DNA of 64,000 nucleotides from contig CAKVOK010000001.1 in NCBI GenBank assembly GCA_934792465.1, forward strand, positions 37,144 to 101,143, read 5' to 3'. The DNA is from an uncultured Clostridia bacterium. GTDB taxonomy: Bacteria; Bacillota; Clostridia; RUG12999. Of this stretch, positions 37,845-47,539 are shown in pieces. Within the stretch, counting starts at the first letter, position 1. Every line of letters begins with the position of its first letter. The notes under the pieces were generated by a model. The model ran no database searches, was not told where the DNA came from, and saw only the letters and a list, made by a program, of their open reading frames with translations. Both the position numbers and the translations under genes were made by a program.

Positions 37845-38660
37845 TTATTTTTCTTCGTATTTATTCAATATTCGTTCTGTTGTTGCGTTCAAATTTAAAT
37901 ATACGACATTGTCGAGCAAATCCTTGTTTCGTGCAAGGTTCAAAAGCTCGTATGCCTTTGCCGCTTCCGAAAGATTGTACCATACCGCCGGTGCGGCAGC
38001 CGCAATATCCTGTTTGGACGCAAAAGGATTAAATGCTCCTCTTTTTATGTCATCGTCGAAATCGTCGATTGCGTCTACGGTGTACAGCCATTTGCCTATA
38101 TTATACCCGAAAATTCTTAACACCTCGGAATTTTCTTTGTTAAAATCGAAAATTTCCTCCATGATTTTTCCGAAAGTATCGGAGGTAAGGTCGAAATTTT
38201 GTACATTGGCTTTTTCGTATTCCGAGAGTCTGTCAAGATTATCTTTTATGACTTTCATCTTGTCGCCGTATTTTTCGGTTATCCTTTTCATGTGAGGTGC
38301 AAATAAGGGATATGCGGCGATCTTTTTTGAAAATGTTCGGTCGTTAATGTCGTCTTTTATTTTATAATATGATAAAGCCATGCTCATATAGCTGCAATAC
38401 TCCAAATCTTTCTGGCGCTTTGCAAAGCTTCTTTTGTGAAGCGGGTGCAGCATACATTTTCCTGTGAAATACTCGCAGCTTTCGCCATTTAGGGAAGAAA
38501 GGAGTATCGCAAGAAATGTAAAATCGTAGCTTAGCGATATTCGGGAAAGATTTCCGAATATTTCTCCCTGTGTTTTGCACAAACCGCAGTAGAATGCCCG
38601 AAATACATTGTAATCTTTAATTTTCAGCTCGTCTTTTAAGACATTAATATATCCGAACAT
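37845..38660 (-). CDS. DUF5685-family protein
   Basis: MFGYINVLKDELKIKDYNVFRAFYCGLCK N-terminus, as I recall for DUF5685. Immediately upstream of the J-like gene. Confidence 0.45.
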   Translation of the reverse strand: MFGYINVLKDELKIKDYNVFRAFYCGLCKTQGEIFGNLSRISLSYDFTFLAILLSSLNGESCEYFTGKCMLHPLHKRSFAKRQKDLEYCSYMSMALSYYKIKDDINDRTFSKKIAAYPLFAPHMKRITEKYGDKMKVIKDNLDRLSEYEKANVQNFDLTSDTFGKIMEEIFDFNKENSEVLRIFGYNIGKWLYTVDAIDDFDDDIKRGAFNPFASKQDIAAAAPAVWYNLSEAAKAYELLNLARNKDLLDNVVYLNLNATTERILNKYEEK

Positions 38661-38740
38661 TGTTATCTCCCAAATATCTGAAATCATGCACCGTATGTGT
38701 GTTTATTCTTGTTCCCGGAACCTTGGTGCTTCGCACAAAA

Positions 38741-38972
38741 ATAACCTTATAAGAAAGGCAAAGTCTTTCGTTATTTAATTGTACATTTTATTCTTTCAAG
38801 ACCGCAAGCGGTCGCAGAAAGCAATGAAAACAACCTATAAAGGAAAGCGTTAGCTTTCCGCTATTTATTTGTATGTTTTATTCTTTCAAGACCGCAAGCG
38901 GTCGCGGAAAGCAATAAAAATAACCTTATAAGAAAGGCAAAGCCTTTCGTTATTTAATTGTACATTTTTATT
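38741..38972. repeat. Intergenic tandem repeat with a period of about 89-90 bp and about 2.6 copies. Each unit carries two hairpins: GAAAGGC-AAA-G(C/T)CTTTC or GGAAAGC-GTTA-GCTTTCC, and GACCGCAAGCGGTC.
   Basis: Direct sequence comparison. Unit starts are at about 38743, 38832 and 38922. Confidence 0.7.
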
Positions 38973-39156
38973 ATACCATAAAGAGTTTTAAATTGCAAGA
39001 TATTTTTAAAAATACTACGATTATACTAAGTATTAAAAAGAATATTCAAACTCCTATCGGCAGATTAAACAAAAAAATCATCATGGTCATATTGCATAGT
39101 TTTTGATGCGATATTTTGTGAAATTTATAAATATATACAAAAATACAAAAAAAGCA

Positions 39157-39185
39157 TTGACTTTAGCACGATAAAGTGATAAACT
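39157..39185 (+). promoter_or_regulatory. Putative sigma-A promoter (TTGACT-17-TAAACT) for the ABC transporter operon.
   Basis: Hexamers read from the sequence about 35 nt upstream of the SBP gene. Confidence 0.4.
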
Positions 39186-39218
39186 GATAAAGTAATAAAC
39201 AACAAAGGGGTTTTAAAA

Positions 39219-40049
39219 ATGAAAAAAATCATAGCACTTATTCTTGCTCTCAGCACAATGGCATTTGCGGGCTGCGGCAGCAAAACAAATGGAAATGCAA
39301 ATTCGGAAGCTACTCCGAAAACAAAAACGGAATCGGATTATGACTACATAAAAAGCAAAGGTACCATGAAAATCGGTATGACGCTTTTCAGTCCGATGGA
39401 TTATTACGATGATAACAATGAACTTACGGGTTTTGAAGTCGATTTCGGTAAAGCAGTATGCGAAAAACTCGGTGTTAAACCGGAATTTGTTGAAATCAAA
39501 TGGGATTCAAAGGAAATGGAGCTTGGATCAAAATCGGTTGACTGCCTCTGGAACGGTCTTACAATCACAGACGACAGAAAAGCCAATATGTCAATTTCAA
39601 ATCCTTACATGAAAAATGAACAGGTACTTATAGTTAAAAAGGATAATGCGGATAAGTTCAAAGAATCCATTAAAGACGCAAAGGTTGTTGCGGAACAGGG
39701 TTCGGCAGGCGAAGAGCTTGCAACAGGTGAGGAAGAATTTTTCGCAGGAGTAAACTTCACACCGGTTGATTCTCAGGCAAAAGCTTTGATGGAAGTAGAA
39801 TCGGGCATATCGGACGTTGCCGTTGTTGACTATGTAATGTCAATCGGTTCGATAGGCGAGGGTACGGATTTCAGCGACCTCGTTGTTGTGGACGGTAAGC
39901 AGTTCTCGCCTGAGGAATACGGAATTGCATTCAGAAAAGGCAGCGACGTTACGGCGAAAGTAAACGATGTGATAAAAGAACTTGCGGCAGACGGTACGCT
40001 TGATGAAATAGCTGCGAAATATAAGCTTGAAGAATCGCTTATAAAATAA
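39219..40049 (+). CDS. Amino acid ABC transporter substrate-binding lipoprotein (family 3 SBP)
   Basis: Lipobox MKKIIALILALSTMAFAGCGS. SBP_bac_3 pattern. Confidence 0.85.
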   Translation: MKKIIALILALSTMAFAGCGSKTNGNANSEATPKTKTESDYDYIKSKGTMKIGMTLFSPMDYYDDNNELTGFEVDFGKAVCEKLGVKPEFVEIKWDSKEMELGSKSVDCLWNGLTITDDRKANMSISNPYMKNEQVLIVKKDNADKFKESIKDAKVVAEQGSAGEELATGEEEFFAGVNFTPVDSQAKALMEVESGISDVAVVDYVMSIGSIGEGTDFSDLVVVDGKQFSPEEYGIAFRKGSDVTAKVNDVIKELAADGTLDEIAAKYKLEESLIK

Positions 40050-40176
40050 TTGATACAAGTAAGGGAGTTGCGGCAAAATGCTTTCATTTTACCGCAGCTC
40101 CTTGCGGAGTTTTTGAAAAACAGTGCAGAACTTATAAAAATAATTTTGCCGTATATACGGCGGAACGGAGAAATTT

Positions 40177-40824
40177 ATGTCAAAGGCAGAGGCAGTAATT
40201 CAAAGCCTTTTTAAGGGGTTTCATTTAAATTTAACAATATTTTTTGTAACACTTCTTGCGGCGATTCCGCTCGGACTCATCATATCTCTCGGGTCCATGT
40301 CGAAATTCAAACCGCTTAAATGGTTTACAAAATGCTTTGTATGGGTAATTCGCGGTACGCCGCTTATGCTCCAGATTTATATAATATTTTTCGGACCCGG
40401 GCTTCTGTTTGATATGCCGATGCGTTCGAGAATTACAGCGGTGTTTGTTGCATTTATAATAAACTATGCGGCATATTTTTCGGAAATATACCGCGGCGGA
40501 ATCGAGAGTATTCCGAAAGGACAGTACGAAGCCGGACAGGTGCTTGGAATGACGAAAGTTCAGGTGTTTTTCAAGGTTGTGCTGTTCCAGGTTATAAAGC
40601 GTATTGTTCCGCCGATGAGCAACGAAATAATAACTCTTGTAAAAGATACGTCGCTTGCCAACGTTGTCGGCGTTATGGAAATAATAATGAGTGCCGAAAG
40701 ATTTACGAAACAAGGACTTATATGGCCGCTGTTTTCCACAGGTCTTTATTTCCTGATTTTCAGCGGTGCATTAACACTTTTGTTCGGCTTTATCGAGAAA
40801 AAGCTGGATTATTACAGGGGGTAA
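40177..40824 (+). CDS. Amino acid ABC transporter permease
   Basis: HisM/GlnP-type permease with EAA-like loop, 215 aa. Confidence 0.85.
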   Translation: MSKAEAVIQSLFKGFHLNLTIFFVTLLAAIPLGLIISLGSMSKFKPLKWFTKCFVWVIRGTPLMLQIYIIFFGPGLLFDMPMRSRITAVFVAFIINYAAYFSEIYRGGIESIPKGQYEAGQVLGMTKVQVFFKVVLFQVIKRIVPPMSNEIITLVKDTSLANVVGVMEIIMSAERFTKQGLIWPLFSTGLYFLIFSGALTLLFGFIEKKLDYYRG

Positions 40825-40828
40825 GCTT

Positions 40829-41578
40829 ATGTCTGTTATAAAAGCCGAAAATATAATAAAAAGCTTCGGAAAGCTGGAGGTTTTAAAAGGAATTGATTTT
40901 GAAATAAACTCCGGAGAGGTTGTTTCCGTGATAGGACCGTCCGGTTCAGGGAAGAGCACATTTTTAAGATGTCTGAACCGCCTTGAAACAATAGACGGCG
41001 GCAGCATAGACATAGACGGCGTAAACGTTGTCAAAGAAGGTGTGTATGCAAAATCAAAAGAGGCTTCGGATTCATATAAGAAGCTCGGAATGGTGTTTCA
41101 GAATTTCAATTTGTTTCCGCACAAATCGGTTATTGAAAATGTAATGCTTTCACCGGTGCTTGTGAACAAGGAAACCAAAAGTGCCGCCGAAAAAAATGCC
41201 ATAGAGCTTTTGCGGAGCGTGGGTCTTGAAGAAAAGAAGGATTATTATCCGTATCAGCTGTCGGGCGGACAGCAGCAGAGAGTAGCTATCGCCAGAGCTT
41301 TGGCGATGAAACCTATGATGATGCTGTTTGATGAGCCGACGAGTGCTCTCGACCCCGAACTTACAGGAGAAATATTGAAAGTAATTCGTGAGCTTGCGGA
41401 AAAACGTATGACAATGCTCATTGTAACACATGAAATAGAATTTGCAAAGCACGTTTCCGACCGTATAATATTCATGGCAGACGGCGTCATAGTAGAACAA
41501 GGTCCTGCCGAAGAACTGATAGATAATCCGAAGACGGAACGTATGCAAGCATTTTTGTGCGGATTTAAAAAAGGGTGA
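40829..41578 (+). CDS. Amino acid ABC transporter ATP-binding protein
   Basis: Walker A GPSGSGKST, signature LSGGQQQRVAIARAL, Walker B MLFDEPTSALD. Confidence 0.9.
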   Translation: MSVIKAENIIKSFGKLEVLKGIDFEINSGEVVSVIGPSGSGKSTFLRCLNRLETIDGGSIDIDGVNVVKEGVYAKSKEASDSYKKLGMVFQNFNLFPHKSVIENVMLSPVLVNKETKSAAEKNAIELLRSVGLEEKKDYYPYQLSGGQQQRVAIARALAMKPMMMLFDEPTSALDPELTGEILKVIRELAEKRMTMLIVTHEIEFAKHVSDRIIFMADGVIVEQGPAEELIDNPKTERMQAFLCGFKKG

Positions 41579-41584
41579 TGTACA

Positions 41585-41851
41585 ATGCCGAATACAGCAG
41601 AAAGAAATGATTTTTACAAAACGGTTCTCTCGCTTGAGAGCTTTGATGAATGCAGAGATTTTTTTGAGGATATATGCACAATAAAGGAGCTGGACGCAAT
41701 ATCGCAGCGCCTTATGGTGGCAAAGCTTCTGAAAGAGGGAAAAACTTTTAATGAAATTGCGGAAATTTCGGGAGCTTCCTCCGCAACAATATCAAGGGTA
41801 AACAAATGCCTTATGTACGGCAAGGGATATAAAAGCGTTTTAAAGGACTGA
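41585..41851 (+). CDS. YerC/YecD-family TrpR-like protein
   Basis: 88 aa with a Trp-repressor-like HTH (…TFNEIAEISGASSATISRVNKCL…). Confidence 0.65.
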   Translation: MPNTAERNDFYKTVLSLESFDECRDFFEDICTIKELDAISQRLMVAKLLKEGKTFNEIAEISGASSATISRVNKCLMYGKGYKSVLKD

Positions 41852-42067
41852 AAATTTTGCTTTCGTAAATATAATGAACCTTTTCGGGACTTTGGAAAGA
41901 CAGTCAAAAATAAGCTGTTTTTCCGAAGCCCCTTTGCTTTTTGCAAATCCCTGAAAAATAAGGAACTCTGCAAAATAATTTATATACAAAAATGAAACAA
42001 TTTTCATTTTTTATTTTCCTGTTCTCCGTCTTTCAAGTCTTGCTTAATTGTAGAGCATATTCGAATC

Positions 42068-42106
42068 CAAAAAACTGCCCGAAATTTTTTTGAGCAGTTT
42101 TTTGGT
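42068..42106 (+). terminator. Probable intrinsic terminator after yerC
   Basis: AAAAACTGC…GCAGTTTTTT stem-loop with a T-run. Confidence 0.4.
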
Positions 42107-42236
42107 CATTTTATTTTACAACTTTCTAAAAAAATTTAAAAATTTGAAGTTGTCCTTAAATTATAAAAACAGTAAACAAAACGGCGGCGGTACATATAAT
42201 GTAATATAGAAAATCATAATTCATGGTGGTGATAGT

Positions 42237-42485
42237 ATGAAAAATATCGAAAATATTACAAACGATGATATAAAGCGTGTACTGAATATGTCGGAACAGG
42301 AAATCGAAAAACGTCTTTCGGCAATGGATTCAAAGGCCATAAAGAATATTGCCGGAAATTTGAGCGGCGCAGATATAAAGAAACAGCTTTCGTCAAAAAG
42401 TCCGGACGATATTTCAAGACTCATAAACGGTTTGGGCAAACTTAATCCGTCGCTGCTTAAAAAAATCAAAGAAGCTATTAAATGA
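42237..42485 (+). CDS. Hypothetical small protein (82 aa)
   Basis: ORF whose ATGA stop/start overlaps the next gene. No family recognised. Confidence 0.35.
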   Translation: MKNIENITNDDIKRVLNMSEQEIEKRLSAMDSKAIKNIAGNLSGADIKKQLSSKSPDDISRLINGLGKLNPSLLKKIKEAIK

Positions 42486-42868
42486 TTGGAGTTGAAACTG
42501 TGAGTGATTTTGAAGATATCGGCAAAATGCTTGAAAAGGTTTTGTCCGATGAAAATTCCAAAAAGAAACTTATGCAGCTTGCCGAGGGTATTGCCGGAGA
42601 TTTGGGCGAAACCGTGCCCGTGCCGTCCGAGCCTATAGATGTGACGCCTGCCGAAACGGAAAATTCCGAGGAAAGCTCAATGGCAAATATTCAGAATATA
42701 TATAAAACGCTTACCGGCGGAAACGATAAAAGGGTGCGGCTGCTAAATGCATTAAAACCGTATATCAGCAACCGACATTCGCTCGGCATCGACAATGCGA
42801 TTACAATTGTCCAGCTTGCGACTATTTCGTCGAACCTCGGTATAAACAAGATTTTTGAAAAACACTGA
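42482..42868 (+). CDS. Hypothetical protein (128 aa), translationally coupled to the preceding ORF
   Basis: ATGA overlap with the upstream ORF. No family recognised. Confidence 0.35.
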   Translation: MIGVETVSDFEDIGKMLEKVLSDENSKKKLMQLAEGIAGDLGETVPVPSEPIDVTPAETENSEESSMANIQNIYKTLTGGNDKRVRLLNALKPYISNRHSLGIDNAITIVQLATISSNLGINKIFEKH

Positions 42869-42964
42869 GGCTGAATCTTCCTCATACGCTGTATCTGCCC
42901 ACGATAATAAGCGTATTAATGATTTTAATACAATTTGTGGGCAGAAAGGCTGCGGAGAATCGTT

Positions 42965-43195
42965 ATGGATAAAGAATATTTCAAAAAATATGAACCTGTC
43001 TATACGCCGATTGCAAAGGTGGAAAAAAGCAAAGCGCCGGCGGCGGACGGCGCAGTTAATGTCGCTGTGAGCAAATTCATGAACGCATTTGACGACGGCG
43101 ATTTGCTGATTGCTGCAATTATACTTATCCTTTTTATGGAAGAAGATAAGGATTACATAACAATAATTGCACTGGCACTCTTGCTTTTGTCATAA
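42965..43195 (+). CDS. Hypothetical small protein with a C-terminal TM helix (76 aa)
   Basis: GGAG RBS before MDKEYFKKYEP…. C-terminal LLIAAIILILF… hydrophobic segment. Confidence 0.3.
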   Translation: MDKEYFKKYEPVYTPIAKVEKSKAPAADGAVNVAVSKFMNAFDDGDLLIAAIILILFMEEDKDYITIIALALLLLS

Positions 43196-43221
43196 AAAAC
43201 AACATAATTTCGTGGTTTTTT

Positions 43222-43262
43222 CTCGTTTCGGGACATATTTGATTCCGAAACGAGTTTTTTTA
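43222..43262 (+). terminator. Rho-independent terminator
   Basis: CTCGTTTCGG…CCGAAACGAG stem followed by T8. Confidence 0.65.
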
Positions 43263-43344
43263 TAAAAAAAGTCAAAAAACTATTGTTTATATGAAAAAAA
43301 TATGATATAATATAATTATATTATTGAATGGGAGTAGTGATTTT

Positions 43345-43854
43345 ATGCTTGATTACTTTACAGAGAACATTGTAAAAAGGAAAAAGAGCGGTAAGGATAT
43401 TGCCCTTTCGGCGCTTATTGTCATAGGAGCGATAATCGTATTTCTTGCTTTGTGTTATATAGGACTTATAACGGGACTTATGCAGATACTCTTTCTGCTT
43501 GCCGCAGGCGCACTTTGGGGAGCGTATATTTTAATCGGCAGATTCAGCATTGAATACGAATATATCGTAACGAACGGCGAAATGGATATTGATAAAATAA
43601 TGCAGCGCCGCAAAAGAAAAAGAATCATAACCGTTCCGGCGAAAAATATCAGAAGCATCGAACCGCTTCGTGTTGACAACACAACGTATAAGGAAGTTAT
43701 AGACGCATCCAAAAACGATAAAAACGCAGCGGATACATATATGCTTATAACCGAGGATAATGTGAAAATAATATTCAATCCGTCGGAAAAAATGCTTAAA
43801 ATATTTGCAAAATTCCGTCCGCAGAGCGTGAAAGTGAGCGGTATAAATGAATAA
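43345..43854 (+). CDS. Hypothetical membrane protein (two N-terminal TM helices plus a soluble domain)
   Basis: GGGAG RBS before MLDYFTENIV…. Ends in a 4-nt overlap with the nnr start. Confidence 0.4.
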   Translation: MLDYFTENIVKRKKSGKDIALSALIVIGAIIVFLALCYIGLITGLMQILFLLAAGALWGAYILIGRFSIEYEYIVTNGEMDIDKIMQRRKRKRIITVPAKNIRSIEPLRVDNTTYKEVIDASKNDKNAADTYMLITEDNVKIIFNPSEKMLKIFAKFRPQSVKVSGINE

Positions 43855-45307
43855 GCTTGTTTCGGCTGCGCAAATGCGTGCGCTCGAAAATGACGCTTTC
43901 GACCGAGGTATTTCGGGAGAAATTCTCATGGAGGAAGCGGCATATGCCGCCGCAGCGGAAATAAACAGAGATTTCCCGAAAACAAAAACGATAACCGCAG
44001 TATGCGGAAAGGGGAATAACGGCGGCGACGGACTTGCACTCGCACGTATTTTGCATTGCATGGGTTTCAAAGTGAAGATATGCCTTGTTGCGGATACGGT
44101 AAAAACGGATTCCGCACGGATGAATCTCGAACTTGCAAAAAATTACGGAATTGAATTTACAAACGAAATCAACTCCGATATTGTTATAGACGCTGTTTTC
44201 GGAATAGGCATAAAGGGCGGGGCGAGCGAGCCGTATATCGATAAAATAAACGAGAGCGGCGCATTCGTCATATCGCTTGATATTCCTTCGGGAGTATGTG
44301 CCGACACAGGCTCGGTTTCGGGCAAAGCCGTAAAAGCAAATCTTACGCTTACTTTCGGATATAAAAAAGCAGGACTTACACAATATCCGGGCAAGGGACT
44401 TGCCGGAGAAATAAGAGTTTTGCCGATTTCCGTTTCAAGCGGAGCATTTGATACATTTGAAATTGATGAAATAAACGGTATGCTTCCCGAATCTGCGCCG
44501 GACGACAACAAGGGGTCAAGAGGGAAAGTGCTTATAATCGCAGGCTGCGCCAAATATCTCGGTGCGGCGAAAATGTGTACTCTTGCGGCACTAAGAAGCG
44601 GCTGCGGTCTTGTATCGCTTATGCTGCCGAAAAATTTATGCGGTGCTGTCTATTCGTGCATTAACGAGGCTGTTGTGCTTCCTTTGGAATGTGTCGATTA
44701 TATTACTTTTGACGCATTTATTCAATATGAAAAGGAAATTACGGCTGCGGACAGCATAGTAATAGGTCCGGGGCTTTCCGTTTCGGAAGAGGTCGAAAAA
44801 ATACTTGATTATCTTTCCGATAAAAATAAACCTGTAATAATTGACGCAGATGGCATAAATTCCGTTTGCCGGAATATAGATATATTAAAAAAGTATAAAA
44901 ATGCCGCAATAACACCGCATCCCGGCGAATTTTCAAGATTGTTCGATATGCCGATACCGTCCGTACAAAGCGACCGTATCGAAGCAGCAAGAAAAGCGGC
45001 GGTTCGGACCGGTGCGACGGTTGTGCTGAAAGGTGCTTCGACGGTAGTCGCTTCGCCCGACGGAATGTGCTATGTAAACACAACGGGAAATCCGGGCATG
45101 GCAACCGGCGGCAGCGGTGATGTTCTCGCAGGAATTGCGGGAGCTGTTGCGGCACGCAAAAAAAATCTTACGGAGGCTATGTATCTGAGCGTATACCTCC
45201 ACGGTCTTGCCGGGGATATTGTATGCGAAGAAAAAGGCACTGAAGGAATGCTGCCTACGGATATAATAAATGCAATTCCTTATGCTATTCAAAAGACAAA
45301 AATTTAA
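43847..45307 (+). CDS. nnr: Bifunctional NAD(P)H-hydrate repair enzyme (epimerase/dehydratase)
   Basis: YjeF-N domain (…AVCGKGNNGGDGLALAR…) plus a C-terminal carbohydrate-kinase domain (…GGSGDVLAG…). Confidence 0.9.
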   Translation: MNKLVSAAQMRALENDAFDRGISGEILMEEAAYAAAAEINRDFPKTKTITAVCGKGNNGGDGLALARILHCMGFKVKICLVADTVKTDSARMNLELAKNYGIEFTNEINSDIVIDAVFGIGIKGGASEPYIDKINESGAFVISLDIPSGVCADTGSVSGKAVKANLTLTFGYKKAGLTQYPGKGLAGEIRVLPISVSSGAFDTFEIDEINGMLPESAPDDNKGSRGKVLIIAGCAKYLGAAKMCTLAALRSGCGLVSLMLPKNLCGAVYSCINEAVVLPLECVDYITFDAFIQYEKEITAADSIVIGPGLSVSEEVEKILDYLSDKNKPVIIDADGINSVCRNIDILKKYKNAAITPHPGEFSRLFDMPIPSVQSDRIEAARKAAVRTGATVVLKGASTVVASPDGMCYVNTTGNPGMATGGSGDVLAGIAGAVAARKKNLTEAMYLSVYLHGLAGDIVCEEKGTEGMLPTDIINAIPYAIQKTKI

Positions 45308-45333
45308 AATTTTTATTTTTTGGAGGCATCGGC

Positions 45334-45927
45334 ATGAAAAAATTTGTATGTATAGTTTTAATTCTTCTGCTTGCAGGCTGCGAAAAAATTTCTCTGCCCC
45401 GTGCGGATACGACGAAGAGTGTTTATGAAACATTTTCCGAGATGCAGAGCTATTCTGCAAGGATAAAAGTGTTTACATATTCAAATACAAATGAAAATGC
45501 CTATGAAGTAACGCAGTATTACGCATATCCGGAAAAGTACCGAAGCGAATGCGGCGGCAGCGTTACCGTGATAAACAAGGATAAGGCATCCGTGCAGTAT
45601 GATGCCAAATCCGACAAAGAAATTTTTGATAAAATAAGCGATGAAAGCAATTTTATGTATTTAAACAGCTTTTTTGACAAATATTACAGAGATGAAAAGG
45701 CGAATGTAAAGTCCTCGTCAAAAAATGATAAGCTTATAACGTTGAGTGTGGACACGGGACTTGAAAACAAATACAAGAGTCGTGCGGAGCTTATTTTAAA
45801 TACGCAGGATATGAAACCCATATCCCTGAAAATAACCGACGGCAAAGGCAAAACATATATGAAAATCGAATATATATCTTTTAAAATAAATCCGGAGCTT
45901 GATTCAAAGCTGTTTGCGGTAAACTAA
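45334..45927 (+). CDS. Lipoprotein, YdcC-like (LolA-fold, DUF4367-like) located upstream of alr
   Basis: Lipobox MKKFVCIVLILLLAGCEK. Position immediately 5' of alr-mazE-mazF mirrors B. subtilis ydcC-alr-ndoAI-ndoA. Confidence 0.45.
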   Translation: MKKFVCIVLILLLAGCEKISLPRADTTKSVYETFSEMQSYSARIKVFTYSNTNENAYEVTQYYAYPEKYRSECGGSVTVINKDKASVQYDAKSDKEIFDKISDESNFMYLNSFFDKYYRDEKANVKSSSKNDKLITLSVDTGLENKYKSRAELILNTQDMKPISLKITDGKGKTYMKIEYISFKINPELDSKLFAVN

Positions 45928-45946
45928 ACGAAAGGATGAACCGGAT

Positions 45947-47116
45947 ATGAACAACGCTTCAAAGAGAACATGGGCTGAAATCGACCTTGAAGCACTGAAA
46001 AACAATATAAGAAACATCAAAGATTATGTGGGTGAAGATGTACAGATTCTCGCTGTTATAAAGGCTGACGCATACGGACACGGCGCCGTTAAATGTGCGG
46101 AGGTTATGCTGGAAAACGGAGCATCGAGGCTTGCCGCAGCGTTTGCGGACGAAGCCGTGCAGCTGCGTGAACACGGCATTTTTGCACCGATACAGCTTTT
46201 GGGATATACCTCACGTGCGGATTATCATACGCTTGTGGAATATAATATAATTCCATCAATCTTTTCTTATGACGATGCGGCGGCTCTGTCGGAAATTGCG
46301 TTGAGCTGCGGCAAAAAACAAAAAATTCATATTAAACTCGATACGGGTATGCACCGCATAGGATTTGATGCGTCCGCTCCCGAAACGGTATCGGAAATTT
46401 TAAAAATTTCAAAGCTTGGCGGAGTGAAAATTGAAGGAATTTTTACTCATTTTTCCTGTGCCGACATGACGAGCGACGATTATACGTATATGCAGTTTGA
46501 TAAGTTTATGAATGTCGCGAACAAGCTTGAAAACGCAGGATTGCATATACCGTTTAAGCACGTGTGCAACAGTGCGGCAATAATCAAACACAAAGATATG
46601 CACCTTAATATGGTGCGACCGGGAATTATAAATTACGGGCTTATGCCGTCCGAATGTGTGGATATAAGCGTTTTAAAATTAAAACCGGTTATGAGCATAA
46701 AAACAACGGTATCGCGCATACAATATATTGATAAAGGTGATAAAATAAGCTACGGCGCAACTTTTGAAGCAGACAAAAAAATGAAAATCGCCACAATCCC
46801 GATAGGCTATGCGGACGGCTTCATTCGTGCATTTTCAGGGAAAATCCCGGTAATTGCCGGCGGAAAATACGCTGATATTGTCGGAAGAATTTGTATGGAC
46901 CAATGTATGATTGACGTAACTGCGGTCAATAATATAAATGTCGGAGATGAAGTAATAATCATCGGCGAAAGCGAAGGAAAACGCATAACCGCCGATGATG
47001 CTGCGAGCGCAATAGGTACTATAGGTTACGAATTGGTATGTCTTGTGGGGAAAAGAGTGCCGAGGATTTATCTGCGCAGCGGCAGCGTTATTGATGTAAC
47101 AAGCGGATTGGTTTAA
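45947..47116 (+). CDS. alr: Alanine racemase
   Basis: PLP-lysine motif AVIKADAYGHG, 389 aa. Confidence 0.9.
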   Translation: MNNASKRTWAEIDLEALKNNIRNIKDYVGEDVQILAVIKADAYGHGAVKCAEVMLENGASRLAAAFADEAVQLREHGIFAPIQLLGYTSRADYHTLVEYNIIPSIFSYDDAAALSEIALSCGKKQKIHIKLDTGMHRIGFDASAPETVSEILKISKLGGVKIEGIFTHFSCADMTSDDYTYMQFDKFMNVANKLENAGLHIPFKHVCNSAAIIKHKDMHLNMVRPGIINYGLMPSECVDISVLKLKPVMSIKTTVSRIQYIDKGDKISYGATFEADKKMKIATIPIGYADGFIRAFSGKIPVIAGGKYADIVGRICMDQCMIDVTAVNNINVGDEVIIIGESEGKRITADDAASAIGTIGYELVCLVGKRVPRIYLRSGSVIDVTSGLV

Positions 47117-47260
47117 ATTGCATTTGATTTTTACATAGAAATGTTGTATAATGGTATATTATAAGTACCATATCGGGTTTCAGAAAATCGGATGTGCGTA
47201 TAATAACAAAATTCCATGGATTTTGTTTCCAAACGGTAAAGGTTAAAGGGGGCGTGACGC

Positions 47261-47539
47261 TTGCCACAGCAAAAAAAGATATTGCTTACTCTTCCCGATA
47301 CCCTTTTAAAGGATCTTGATAATCTTGCGAAAGAGGAAAACATTACAAGGAGCAAGCTGATACGTGATGCCATGATGGCTTACGTGTCCGGCAGAGAAAG
47401 AGCTTTTATGCTCGAGAGGCTTAAACGGGGATATATGGAAATGTCGGAAATTAATTCCGATATAGCCGAGTTATGTTTTGATGCCGACAGCGAGGTGCTG
47501 TATCGGTATGAGGAAAAACTTGCGGAGTGTGAGCATTAG
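47261..47539 (+). CDS. CopG/ribbon-helix-helix antitoxin (MazE/EndoAI-like)
   Basis: RHH N-terminus ([34 protein letters not shown]). Stop overlaps the mazF GTG start. TTG start with GGGGG RBS. Confidence 0.7.
   Translation: MPQQKKILLTLPDTLLKDLDNLAKEENITRSKLIRDAMMAYVSGRERAFMLERLKRGYMEMSEINSDIAELCFDADSEVLYRYEEKLAECEH

Noticed and set aside
38741-38972. CRISPR array
   Set aside because: The units are contiguous with no unique spacers, and the period of about 90 bp is made of two different sub-elements. There are no cas genes in the window.
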